Source: Candidatus Saccharimonadota bacterium
GTDB taxonomy: Archaea; Nanohalarchaeota; Nanosalinia; Nanosalinales; Nanosalinaceae
DNA length: 32,000 bases
Assembly (NCBI RefSeq): GCF_047555085.1
Contig: NZ_CP180230.1
Location: 750,001 to 782,000 of the forward strand
Reading direction: 5' to 3'
This document shows, in pieces, positions 1-7,976 of the stretch. Each line of letters opens with the position of its first letter. The stretch's first letter is position 1. The position numbers and the translations under genes are program-made. A model generated the notes under the pieces. The model was not told the origin of the DNA. It saw only the letters and a program-made list of their open reading frames with translations, and made no database searches.

Positions 1-14
1 ATTCGTTTCTAGTT

Positions 15-719
15 ATGCCGAATCCGAAAAATGTTTCTGAGGATGAGATCCGTGAAATCTATCAGGGCCTGAAAGATCGTTACGGAGAGGCCCCTGAGCC
101 GAGCAGCATGTCCGGTGTTGATTATCTTGTTGAAACTATTCTTTCTCAGAACACGAACGATATCAATCGTGACAAGGCCTTCAAGCAGCTGAAAGAAAAA
201 TACGATTCCTGGGAGAAAGTCGAAAAAGGAGATTACGAGGAGCTTGTCGATACTATCAGAGTAGCGGGATTAGGCCCGACAAAGGCGGAGAGAATACAGG
301 AGGCCTTGCGGATCACCAGGGAGCGTGAAGATGAGTACAGCATCGAGTTCCTGAACGATATGAGTGTTGAAGAAGGGAAGAAATGGCTGACAGACATCCC
401 TGGCATAGGCCCCAAGACAGCTGCTGTGATACTTTGCTTCCATTTCAAGAAGCCTGTGATCCCCGTCGATACACATGTCCACAGGATCTCGAAAAGATTC
501 GAACTAGTGCCGGAGAAGGCCTCGAGGACGAAAAGTCACGACATTTTAGAAGAAATCGTGCCGGATGAAATCAAGTATGGATTCCATAGATTACTTATCA
601 CGCATGGAAGAGAGACATGTAAATCTAAAGGCCACGTCGACAATGAAAACTGCTTCGAGAGATGTAAGTACTACAGAGAAGTTGTCATAGGCGGAAAAGA
701 TCCGAAAGAATTCGTTTAA
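15..719 (+). CDS. HhH-GPD base-excision DNA glycosylase, endonuclease III-like
   Basis: 234-aa ORF with ATG start. It has the LSQNTND motif, a helix-hairpin-helix (IPGIGPKTAAVIL) with Lys, and the downstream VDTHVHRI Asp motif typical of the Nth/HhH-GPD family. The C-terminal Cys pattern is non-canonical (3 Cys only). Confidence 0.85.
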   Translation: MPNPKNVSEDEIREIYQGLKDRYGEAPEPSSMSGVDYLVETILSQNTNDINRDKAFKQLKEKYDSWEKVEKGDYEELVDTIRVAGLGPTKAERIQEALRITREREDEYSIEFLNDMSVEEGKKWLTDIPGIGPKTAAVILCFHFKKPVIPVDTHVHRISKRFELVPEKASRTKSHDILEEIVPDEIKYGFHRLLITHGRETCKSKGHVDNENCFERCKYYREVVIGGKDPKEFV

Positions 720-731
720 ATTCTGGAAAAA

Positions 732-775
732 TTTTTTTGAGAAAATATATGTGAAAGGCCTGTCTTGCAACAGGC
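732..775. terminator. T7 run (732-738) plus hairpin GCCTGT/ACAGGC (758-763 / 770-775) between convergent genes
   Basis: An oligo-T tract lies 13 nt after the stop of the glycosylase gene. A 6-bp stem with a 6-nt loop lies in the 94-bp convergent spacer. Archaeal termination is commonly oligo-T driven. Confidence 0.35.
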
Positions 776-813
776 GTGAATTTGTATAGGAACTCAGGAA
801 ACGACTGGAGGAA

Positions 814-1038
814 TTATTCCTCGTGATCGTGGTCGTGTCCTGGCTGTTCCATTCCTTCCTGCTGTTCCTGCATCTCCTCGACGATCTGCTGTGCGCGTTC
901 GTTGATATCTTCCTGTGAAACGACGTCTTCTTCGTCTAGGATGTTAAGCAGGGCCTGAACTGTAAGTTCAAGGTTACCTAGCTTCTGCTGGAATAGCTGC
1001 ATGATCTGCTGTTCGTTCATTTCTGGTTGTTCTGGCAT
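814..1038 (-). CDS. Hypothetical small acidic, Gln/Glu-rich protein with a His-rich C-terminus (GHDHDHEE)
   Basis: 74-aa ORF with ATG start in an otherwise gene-free slot. Its composition matches the neighbouring genes. I recognise no family. Confidence 0.5.
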   Translation of the reverse strand: MPEQPEMNEQQIMQLFQQKLGNLELTVQALLNILDEEDVVSQEDINERAQQIVEEMQEQQEGMEQPGHDHDHEE

Positions 1039-1157
1039 AATTAATTGACACCTCTTAAAGTGAATAAAACAAGAGTTCTCTTGAACTCTTTTAAATGCGC
1101 ATACCTGTCACGAGGAAAAAGAAGGCCTCGAAAGAAAAATAAAGCACAGAAGGCCTT

Positions 1158-1568
1158 TTAAGCCGAGTTAAGAGGGTTTCTGGCTCCGCAGGCCTGGCAC
1201 TTCAGAAGCTGGACGCCTTTTTCCTTAACGATCTCTGTATCAGGGCTGTCACACTCCGGGCAGAAAACAAAGTCTTCAGCGAAGTTCTGTAGCCTTCCCT
1301 GAATATTTCCTCTTCTGAGCTCTCCATTAAGTACAAGCTCTCCCTCCTTCAGTCTTCCTGCAGTACCCAGTTCATTCTGCAGATACTTGGAAAGCCTGTC
1401 CTTCTCCCTGTTAAGCTTATCCGCTATCTCGGAAAAGTTTACAACTATAGTTTTAGATCCATCCTTCCTGGTATCTACTTCAGGCATCTCGAAACGTTCA
1501 CCGGATCCTGATTCTTCCGGTACTTCTTCCAGGCCTTTTTCCAGGAGATCTTCATAATCGTCAGTCAT
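1158..1568 (-). CDS. eif2b: Translation initiation factor aIF2 beta subunit
   Basis: 136 aa. Central YLQNELGT...G motif and a C-terminal CPECDSPDT...CQACGA zinc ribbon characteristic of aIF2-beta/eIF2-beta. Confidence 0.93.
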   Translation of the reverse strand: MTDDYEDLLEKGLEEVPEESGSGERFEMPEVDTRKDGSKTIVVNFSEIADKLNREKDRLSKYLQNELGTAGRLKEGELVLNGELRRGNIQGRLQNFAEDFVFCPECDSPDTEIVKEKGVQLLKCQACGARNPLNSA

Positions 1569-1609
1569 AAAAGAAAGTTAGAACGTGAATTTCTTAATTC
1601 AAGCGGTAT

Positions 1610-2311
1610 CTACTCTTTTTCAGAAACGGGAAATTCTCCGAACTCAAAATTTTCGTCGGCTTGATACTTCAACTCTATCAGTAACTGAGCTTGTCTCGAC
1701 ATCTCATCAGCATTTTCCGGATACCGCTCCTCTAAATCTAGGGCCTCTGTGACAGATCCACGGACGAATCCTGCGAAATCTCTTTCTCTCAATCTATCTG
1801 CCTGCTCCATCCTCTCCGCTTCAACGGCGTCAAAGGCCCTCTCCATATCCCTCCATGTATCCAGGCCTTCAACGATATCATAAGGAGTGGAACTTCTCCT
1901 TCCCTCTACTTCCTCCAGGCCCAGTATCCTGGGAACATTTGTCTCTGGTATTCCATCGGCGTGCCACTTCCTGTCCGAGTATCTGTCAGAACTATCCGTG
2001 AACATGTCCTGACTCCAATCATACAGTTCACGGGCCTCAGGATCGTACAGGAATAGACTGTCGCCGCTGTTACCCTTATCAGTTACAGTTCTCTGGGATA
2101 TCTGGAATAGATAGTCGCCGTCAGGAGTCTCTGCACCACGGACAACCTGGAGAGTATCCCCTCCGAACATCCAGCCCTCAGACGCCAGGTACTCGACATC
2201 GTCCCCAGCAAGATATTCAAAGGCCTCATCGATCCGAGATTCTTCGCCTAACTCAAAGGCCTCCTCCACATTCTTATCTTCGGCATAATTTACAACGTCT
2301 CTCGAACCCAT
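1610..2311 (-). CDS. Hypothetical acidic protein (no recognisable domain)
   Basis: 233-aa ORF with ATG start. It fills the gap between flanking genes and has the D/E-rich composition of the rest of the proteome. Confidence 0.6.
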   Translation of the reverse strand: MGSRDVVNYAEDKNVEEAFELGEESRIDEAFEYLAGDDVEYLASEGWMFGGDTLQVVRGAETPDGDYLFQISQRTVTDKGNSGDSLFLYDPEARELYDWSQDMFTDSSDRYSDRKWHADGIPETNVPRILGLEEVEGRRSSTPYDIVEGLDTWRDMERAFDAVEAERMEQADRLRERDFAGFVRGSVTEALDLEERYPENADEMSRQAQLLIELKYQADENFEFGEFPVSEKE

Positions 2312-2402
2312 AAACTACATTTTTACTTTAAAGTAACAATTCTTATGTTTCTCCGGTATTGAGAGACAAATAGATATCTTAACCAGACACGCCTTCGTAA
2401 AA

Positions 2403-2534
2403 ATGATTGCTAAGTCGCCGCCATCGATAGCAATGGTAGTAGGCGGAGGACTGATATTCTCCGGCAAACCAGAAGGATGGCTCGCATTTTTTGTTGGAGC
2501 CGGACTTAACGGACTTTGGATTCTGAGTAGGTGA
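2403..2534 (+). CDS. Possible 43-aa small membrane protein (MIAKSPPSIAMVVGGGLIFSGKPEGWLAFFVGAGLNGLWILSR)
   Basis: Hand translation, below the ORF-track size cut-off. It has two hydrophobic Gly-rich segments. Its stop codon is embedded in a hairpin followed by T5. Confidence 0.3.
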   Translation: MIAKSPPSIAMVVGGGLIFSGKPEGWLAFFVGAGLNGLWILSR

Positions 2535-2550
2535 AAAACCTACTCTTTTT
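2525..2550. terminator. Hairpin GAGTAGGT-gaaaa-ACCTACTC followed by TTTTT, between convergent genes
   Basis: Perfect 8-bp stem (2525-2532 / 2538-2545), 5-nt loop and T5 at 2546-2550. It sits directly between the small + ORF and the stop (2553) of the - strand OB-fold gene. Confidence 0.5.
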
Positions 2551-2552
2551 CT

Positions 2553-3302
2553 TTAAAGTTTCTTGATCTTTCCTGGCTTTGGCTCGTAGCAGGTTCCGTC
2601 GCTGAGTAGCGAGTTGATTGTGTCTTCAAGCTGGTCTTCGTCGGCATCTTCAACTGTTTCCAGAATTTCGCTGTAGTCTGCTCCTTCGCCGTCGTCAAGC
2701 TCTTCTACTGCTTCAAGGACGTCTCTTTCAAGATTCTCAACTGTTTCCTCTGTCTGGACGGTGTCGAACTGTTCTCCGAAGCTCTGCATGACGGAGTCTA
2801 CTTCCTCTTCCGTAAGCTTTCCGGCCATCTCTTTCTCTATCTCATCCTGATCTTTTCCGGATTCCTTGAGCTGTTTGATTGTATCGTAGATCTGCTTCCA
2901 TTCTTCAAGCTGTTTCTTGTGCCTTAGCTTGTGAAGAAGCTCTTTCTCTACATCCTGATTCTCCAGAATCTCACCGTTCAAGTAGATTTCTCCCTGATAC
3001 TCCCGGACTTTTCCTACTACTTCAATTATATCTCCGGATTCGAACTCTCTCATGTCGTCAAGTTCGTTGAAGAACTTGATCTGGATAGTATCTTCTCCGT
3101 CGTCTACAGTGATCGAGGCGTATGTCTCGTCCTCGTTGATGAACGTGTCCACAACAGTTCCAACAAGGCGTCCACGGGAAAGCCTGCGGCCTTCCGGCGT
3201 CAAAAGATAGTTAGGCTCAAATCCTTCCTGCTGAAAATACTTACCTGAATTAAGTTCCCGAGTCGTAGTAATCTTTGCGACCTGTCTACTCTGCTGTGGC
3301 AT
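2553..3302 (-). CDS. RPA32/Stn1-like OB-fold ssDNA-binding protein with C-terminal winged-helix-like tail
   Basis: 249 aa. The OB-fold signature region is RLVGTVVD...ITVDDGEDTIQIKFF...GDIIEVVGKVREYQGEIYLNGE. An acidic linker follows. The C-terminal DGTCYEPKPGKIKKL resembles the MCM C-terminus in this window. Confidence 0.7.
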   Translation of the reverse strand: MPQQSRQVAKITTTRELNSGKYFQQEGFEPNYLLTPEGRRLSRGRLVGTVVDTFINEDETYASITVDDGEDTIQIKFFNELDDMREFESGDIIEVVGKVREYQGEIYLNGEILENQDVEKELLHKLRHKKQLEEWKQIYDTIKQLKESGKDQDEIEKEMAGKLTEEEVDSVMQSFGEQFDTVQTEETVENLERDVLEAVEELDDGEGADYSEILETVEDADEDQLEDTINSLLSDGTCYEPKPGKIKKL

Positions 3303-3419
3303 GTAAATTCAAGATATTCTTACTCTTAAGAAACTTTACCGCCTCGAAGTAAAAAACTCGTGAAAGGCCTCTTAAATCAGCCACACAGAAAATCCGAAAT
3401 CACAGATAAAGGCCTCTAA

Positions 3420-3851
3420 TCAAGGCGGAGGAAGCCTCATACAGCGATATTCTATCGTCTCAGTCGATGTCAGGATATTTATCCGTGTCTCACTTGTCAT
3501 ACTGATTGAAGGAGTCAGAGTTGCTGTGAAAGTTCCCTGCGGATCAACTACATCCTGACTGACACTGTAGTTCTGTCCTAGTTCAAGGCCTTCGCCATCC
3601 ACCTGGAAAGGAATATTAGTAGAATTTATCGTCTGTGAGGCATCGTTCCGTATACTGAGTTTGAGATTGTCCGGTTGGCCCCAGCAGCTTTCGATCCTCA
3701 AACTTTCAGAGTTAAGATTTATCTCCGGCTCGAACTGCTGTGCCTGATCTTGAGTGCTTGAGAAAACTTCGTATATAGTCGCTGATCCTGCTACAGTTAC
3801 AGCGATCAAGAGAACTACTGCGATCACAGGCGTTATTCCTTTCCTTTTCAC
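3420..3851 (-). CDS. Archaeal type IV pilin-like protein (class III signal peptide, DUF1628-type N-terminus)
   Basis: GTG start. The N-terminus MKRKGITPVIAVVLLIAVTVAGSA matches the prepilin-peptidase KG/ITPVI cleavage context plus hydrophobic helix. Confidence 0.8.
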   Translation of the reverse strand: MKRKGITPVIAVVLLIAVTVAGSATIYEVFSSTQDQAQQFEPEINLNSESLRIESCWGQPDNLKLSIRNDASQTINSTNIPFQVDGEGLELGQNYSVSQDVVDPQGTFTATLTPSISMTSETRINILTSTETIEYRCMRLPPP

Positions 3852-3910
3852 ATTTTTAGAAGAGGCCTGCGCGTTAAAGTAGGTTTGGCATAGAAAGTTT
3901 CCAGAATTTT

Positions 3911-5902
3911 CTAGATCTTCTGGATGAATCCCTGCTTCGGCTCGTACAGCTCGCCATCACGCTTCAGGCGTTCGATAACTTCCTCGGCCTGATCTCTTTC
4001 AAAGTCTTCTTCCTCAGCTCTGTCAAGAACTTCCTCTATCTCCACTTCTCCATCTTCAGCCATCTCATTGATGATATGCTTGACACTCTGCAATCTATTT
4101 CTTTCAGAGCTTGAGACACCTGACTCGATTATATCGGCGTCGAACTCTCCTGTCTCCGGATCAACACCTACCTGTTCAAGCGAGTACTTCAGAATCCTGA
4201 TAGCTCTCTCCGCATCCTTCTCAGTAACTTTATCACTCAACTCTGTCCTTGCAGAGGCCTCTGCAATTCTTACCAAGGCCTCAAGCTGTCGAGCGGTAAT
4301 CGGAACACTGTTCCCCTCTTCATCGTATCCACGGGAACGCATACTGATGTAGAAATCCTGAATCTTGTCCGCAGCCTCCTGCGTCAACTGAGGCCTCATC
4401 CTCTGAGCGTACGCAATATACTTACGCAGCTGTTTCTGAGATATCTCTGCCTCTGTCTCCTCAGGATCAAGATGATTCTGCAGCACCTGACTGGAAAGCT
4501 TTGTATCTTTCTCCTTGTCCGGCTGATCCTTTACAGGGAAGATGAAATCAAATCTGGAAAGCAGTGTATCCCCGATGTTGATCTGCTGTGGGATCGGCTC
4601 ATAAGGATCAAATCTTCCAAGCTTTGGATTTCCAGCAGCGAGAATAGAAGTCTCAGCATTCAGAGTTGCCTGGATGTTCGCCTTGGAAACAGAGATCTGC
4701 TGCTGCTCCATGGCCTCGTGCAGCGAGGAACGATCCTCAGCTGCCATCTTGTCGATCTCGTCGATCGCCGCCATTCCCTTGTGGGCGAGGACAACTGCTC
4801 CGGCCTCAAGAGAGAATTCTCCTGTAGATTCCTCTTTCACTACAGAAGCTGTCAATCCTGCGCCTGTAGAGGACTTTCCAACAACGTATCTTCCCTTTGG
4901 CGCCAGTTCCCCCGTAAATTTGAGTAACTGGGATTTTCCTGTTCCTGGCTCTCCAATAAGTAGTATATGTAAATCTCCACGGCTTTTGACGCCGTCATCT
5001 CTAGTTTTCTTTACTCCCCCGAACAGCTGTAGCGCAATGGCCTCCTTTATCTCATCGTGGCCGTATATAGAAGGAGCTATAGAGCTTGAAATCTTCTTGA
5101 AGATCTCCGGATCTTTAGCCATCTCCTCAATCTCTTCCTCTTCTTTATCACTTAACTCAAGCTGCTCGAACTCCTGCTGCGTTGGCTCAACACTGTTGGC
5201 CTCCATATAGATATCAAACTTCTTTGAATCCTTCTTCAGAGGCTTCTCACGGAGAACTCCTGTTATGTGGACAACGTTTCCAGGTACGATCTTCTTCTGG
5301 AAATCCGGATCAACAAGATCTCCTTCAAGTCGAACTGATAGGGCGGACGGCTGCTCGGAACCTTCTCTTGACTCCGGATTCTCCTCGATCTGTACCATCT
5401 GCGTATCTGTCATTATCTTGTTGTGGACCTCGAACTTTCTGGATCCACAGGCCTCACACTTGTACGGAGATTTCAGCTTTGTCGAGTCCTGCTCCTTCTC
5501 CACAATCTCCCCGCAGTTAGTACACTGGAACTCTGCCGAAATAACTTCCGGCTTTACCTGAGAGGCCCTCTTGATCATACCTTCGATAGGTATGAAGTTG
5601 CCGATGTGCTTGGAACGAAGATTTCTCAGGAATACGAAGTCCTCCTCCGGCATGTTCTCAAATCTTACACGGATCTCTTCATCCGTAACAAGATCAACAC
5701 CCAGAAGCCCTTCCTCAGCTGCACTTATCGCACTTTCAGGACTCTCCCGTAGAAACTCACTTAACTCAAAGTTGAAGGCATCCATCTCCTGGAAATCAAC
5801 CACTATCGAATCTTCTCCATCCCTGACAACTTCATTAACAGTATCGTAGTATTTATTGGAGAAAAATTCCTCGAATTCGCTGACCGCCTCCCCGTATTCC
5901 AT
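3911..5902 (-). CDS. mcm: MCM replicative helicase
   Basis: 663 aa. Zn motif CTNCG...CEACG, Walker A GEPGTGKSQLL, Walker B AAIDEIDKM and arginine finger SRFD. No intein. Confidence 0.97.
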   Translation of the reverse strand: MEYGEAVSEFEEFFSNKYYDTVNEVVRDGEDSIVVDFQEMDAFNFELSEFLRESPESAISAAEEGLLGVDLVTDEEIRVRFENMPEEDFVFLRNLRSKHIGNFIPIEGMIKRASQVKPEVISAEFQCTNCGEIVEKEQDSTKLKSPYKCEACGSRKFEVHNKIMTDTQMVQIEENPESREGSEQPSALSVRLEGDLVDPDFQKKIVPGNVVHITGVLREKPLKKDSKKFDIYMEANSVEPTQQEFEQLELSDKEEEEIEEMAKDPEIFKKISSSIAPSIYGHDEIKEAIALQLFGGVKKTRDDGVKSRGDLHILLIGEPGTGKSQLLKFTGELAPKGRYVVGKSSTGAGLTASVVKEESTGEFSLEAGAVVLAHKGMAAIDEIDKMAAEDRSSLHEAMEQQQISVSKANIQATLNAETSILAAGNPKLGRFDPYEPIPQQINIGDTLLSRFDFIFPVKDQPDKEKDTKLSSQVLQNHLDPEETEAEISQKQLRKYIAYAQRMRPQLTQEAADKIQDFYISMRSRGYDEEGNSVPITARQLEALVRIAEASARTELSDKVTEKDAERAIRILKYSLEQVGVDPETGEFDADIIESGVSSSERNRLQSVKHIINEMAEDGEVEIEEVLDRAEEEDFERDQAEEVIERLKRDGELYEPKQGFIQKI

Positions 5903-5996
5903 ACATCAAACATGTATGCAAAAAATCATAAATCACAACCGGTAGAGAACAGAAAGCTGGCAGAGAAACAGAGCGAAATAAATAGAAAATAAGTGG

Positions 5997-6015
5997 AAGG
6001 CCTCTGAAAGGCCTT
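5997..6015 (-). terminator. Hairpin AAGGCCT-ctgaa-AGGCCTT overlapping the TBP stop codon
   Basis: 7-bp stem built from two AGGCCT copies (5998, 6009). The TBP stop TAA is at 6014-6016 on the - strand. Confidence 0.35.
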
Positions 6016-6565
6016 ATTCCATTGCACCGATTTCCTTGAGATCTTCTTCCATGTTGGCAATCCCTCGCTTGACGTCCTCATACGTCTTTCCACCAGTACA
6101 TACGAGATTACCGGAACTGAACAGCAGGAAGACTACCTCAGGATCATCAAGCCTGTAAACCAGGCCCGGGAACTGCTCAGGCTCGTACTCTGTTCCAACA
6201 AGCTCGAAAGCGATCCTGTTCAAGTTCAGAGTTGCATCAAGCTCAGATGATGCCACGATGTTCTGTACCGTGATCTCTGGCTTGTTTGTAATCTCTACAT
6301 CAGCCTCTTTCAGCTCCTCGATGATCTTGTGAGTTGCCTCCTTGGCCTGTTCAGGACTCTGTGTACCTGTGCAGACAATCTTCCCTGAACCGAAAAGCAA
6401 CGCTGCGGCTTTCGGCTCCTCAAGCCTGTAAACCAGGCCCGGGAACTGCTCAGGCTCGTACTCAGTGTTTTCTAGGTATATAGCTATTCTGTCAAGCGGA
6501 AGTGATTGATCGAAAGTTGCCGATGCAACCACGTTCTGAATGCTTATATCGTCGTCATCAACCAT
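6014..6565 (-). CDS. tbp: TATA-box binding protein
   Basis: 183 aa. Two TBP repeats each carry NVVAS...EYEPEQFPGLVYRL...LLF.SG..VCTG. An AAGGTGA SD-like motif lies upstream of the ATG. Confidence 0.97.
   Translation of the reverse strand: MVDDDDISIQNVVASATFDQSLPLDRIAIYLENTEYEPEQFPGLVYRLEEPKAAALLFGSGKIVCTGTQSPEQAKEATHKIIEELKEADVEITNKPEITVQNIVASSELDATLNLNRIAFELVGTEYEPEQFPGLVYRLDDPEVVFLLFSSGNLVCTGGKTYEDVKRGIANMEEDLKEIGAME
6147..6190. repeat. Intragenic direct repeat copy 1 (44 nt identical to 6420-6463)
   Basis: TCAAGCCTGTAAACCAGGCCCGGGAACTGCTCAGGCTCGTACTC, aligned by eye, 44/44 identical. The offset is 273 nt (91 codons), which is the TBP repeat unit. Confidence 0.9.
6420..6463. repeat. Intragenic direct repeat copy 2 (44 nt identical to 6147-6190)
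   Basis: Same 44-mer. It encodes (E)YEPEQFPGLVYRL in the other TBP repeat half. Confidence 0.9.
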
Positions 6566-6704
6566 TTTTTGAAGTCACCTTGGGATTCTCCGTTTCAACG
6601 GACTAAGAAACATTTAAATCCTTTATAAACAGTATTTAAAGGAACTCTTTTAAATGAATCCTTTAACAATGAATTAAACTGAAGGCCTCGAAGGTGAATA
6701 AATT

Positions 6705-6986
6705 TTGAAAGAGACAACCAGACAGCTAGTACTGCTATTCGGAGTATTAACCCTTCTAACAAGCAGTTACGTAGTTATCAGCCTGGCAGATGAACCGGCA
6801 GATCCGGGAAACGACAGGCCTCCAGAAAACATCACACAGCCAGATGACCAGCAGCAGATGAACAACACCGGAGACGACGATCCTGAAGGCCTCATAGAGA
6901 GATCGATCAGAGGATTTGAACTTCTGATAGGTGATGTAGGAGAGACGATGAGTTTCCTGTCAACTGACTCCGGAGATAGCTCCTGA
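6705..6986 (+). CDS. Hypothetical small secreted/membrane-anchored acidic protein
   Basis: 93 aa. The TTG start is preceded by AAGGTGA (6691-6697) with a 7-nt spacer. An N-terminal hydrophobic segment LVLLFGVLTLLTSSYVVISLA is followed by a D/P/Q-rich tail. The 3' end overlaps the convergent pop5 by 27 nt. Confidence 0.5.
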   Translation: MKETTRQLVLLFGVLTLLTSSYVVISLADEPADPGNDRPPENITQPDDQQQMNNTGDDDPEGLIERSIRGFELLIGDVGETMSFLSTDSGDSS

Positions 6987-7283
6987 CACTCTTTCAACCT
7001 CAGCAAATCCTCGAGTACCATCAAAGTTTCTCAGCAACGTCAGAGCAGCTTTCATATCAACCTCATACTCTCTTTTAACCCTGATAACCGCTTCCTGTTC
7101 TTCCTGATTAAACTTGTTTTTTATCAGCCATGCATCTGCATCGCTGAAATCCTTAAGGCCTACAAATTCCGGAATAGTATCCCAGTATGCCTCAAGAAGC
7201 TCCTCGAACTTTATTTCGCTTTCTGAGTGTATCTTGAACTTGATATACCGGTACGAAGGCCTCTGTGAAGGATCTGTATTCAT
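6960..7283 (-). CDS. rnp2: RNase P protein component 2 (Pop5/Rpp14 family)
   Basis: 107 aa. It has an RYIKFKI N-terminal motif and the size typical of archaeal Pop5. A 4-nt ATGA overlap with the upstream Rpp30 gene matches the conserved rnp3-rnp2 arrangement. Confidence 0.75.
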   Translation of the reverse strand: MNTDPSQRPSYRYIKFKIHSESEIKFEELLEAYWDTIPEFVGLKDFSDADAWLIKNKFNQEEQEAVIRVKREYEVDMKAALTLLRNFDGTRGFAEVERVSGAISGVS

Positions 7284-7891
7284 TTTTTCTCAACTCCCGG
7301 CCTTACAAAGTCTTCTCCGGATTTTTTCATGTTTTCCTGTAGCATCTGATCTGAAGTGTCAAGAGATTTCTCTGCATCACCGTTTAGAGAACGGACAAGT
7401 GATTTCAGATCTTTTGGAGATCTTAGATCAAATTTTTCCTCGGCTCCGGTAGTTATCAGATACTTTGTATCAAATTTTTCACATATACGGAAGATCTGAC
7501 GCCAGTCCGACATCACTGATACCTTCTTCTTCTTTTTTGAGGCCTTGATCATCCGCCTGAAGCTGAGGCCTATCGCCACTCCGTTTTCAGCTGCTTTTTC
7601 AGCTATGACTTTGTCAACTCCTGTTTCGCTGCGTCCTTTTCCCGGTGAAAGAAGTACATCAAGTCTGGGATCAGAGACTGCTTTCCTGTCAAGTTCTTCG
7701 TTTCCCGCTCTGAATACAAGTATATCGGCGTCCTCTCTGTTCTGTGATATTTTTTTCTTGAGTTCTCCCCAGTCAGAGGCCTCCAGAAAGACTGTGTTGA
7801 AGTCAGCGTTTGTCGAGTCCCAGCCAATTTCTCTGGCTTTCCCGTGTATTTCTTTGTCCTGTGTCTCTATGCAGGGATCGACGTAACTCAT
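7280..7891 (-). CDS. rnp3: RNase P protein component 3 (Rpp30 family, PHP-like TIM barrel)
   Basis: 203 aa. Rpp30-like pattern (...DVLLSP..., GVAIGLSF, KYLITTGAEEKFDLRSPKDL). Its position between rpl15e and pop5 matches the archaeal exosome/RNase P superoperon neighbourhood. Confidence 0.75.
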   Translation of the reverse strand: MSYVDPCIETQDKEIHGKAREIGWDSTNADFNTVFLEASDWGELKKKISQNREDADILVFRAGNEELDRKAVSDPRLDVLLSPGKGRSETGVDKVIAEKAAENGVAIGLSFRRMIKASKKKKKVSVMSDWRQIFRICEKFDTKYLITTGAEEKFDLRSPKDLKSLVRSLNGDAEKSLDTSDQMLQENMKKSGEDFVRPGVEKK

Positions 7892-7976
7892 GGAAAATTA
7901 ATCAGGGAAGAAATGATTAGTTAGTTGCGGAGAAATGAAAAATGAGTATATGAGAATAGAATGAGGAATATGTTTT

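Noticed and set aside
4068-5849. Series of + strand ORFs (4068-4352, 4472-4927, 4674-5210, 5182-5520, 5265-5561, 5423-5752, 5571-5849) inside mcm
   Set aside because: They lie antisense to a full-length, motif-complete MCM gene. Their translations are Ser/Leu/Cys-rich and basic, unlike the acidic proteome, so they are shadow ORFs.
5903-6013. Replication origin next to mcm
   Set aside because: There are no repeated ORB-like elements, no flanked AT-rich unwinding element and no orc1/cdc6 gene. Archaeal origins associate with orc1/cdc6 rather than mcm.
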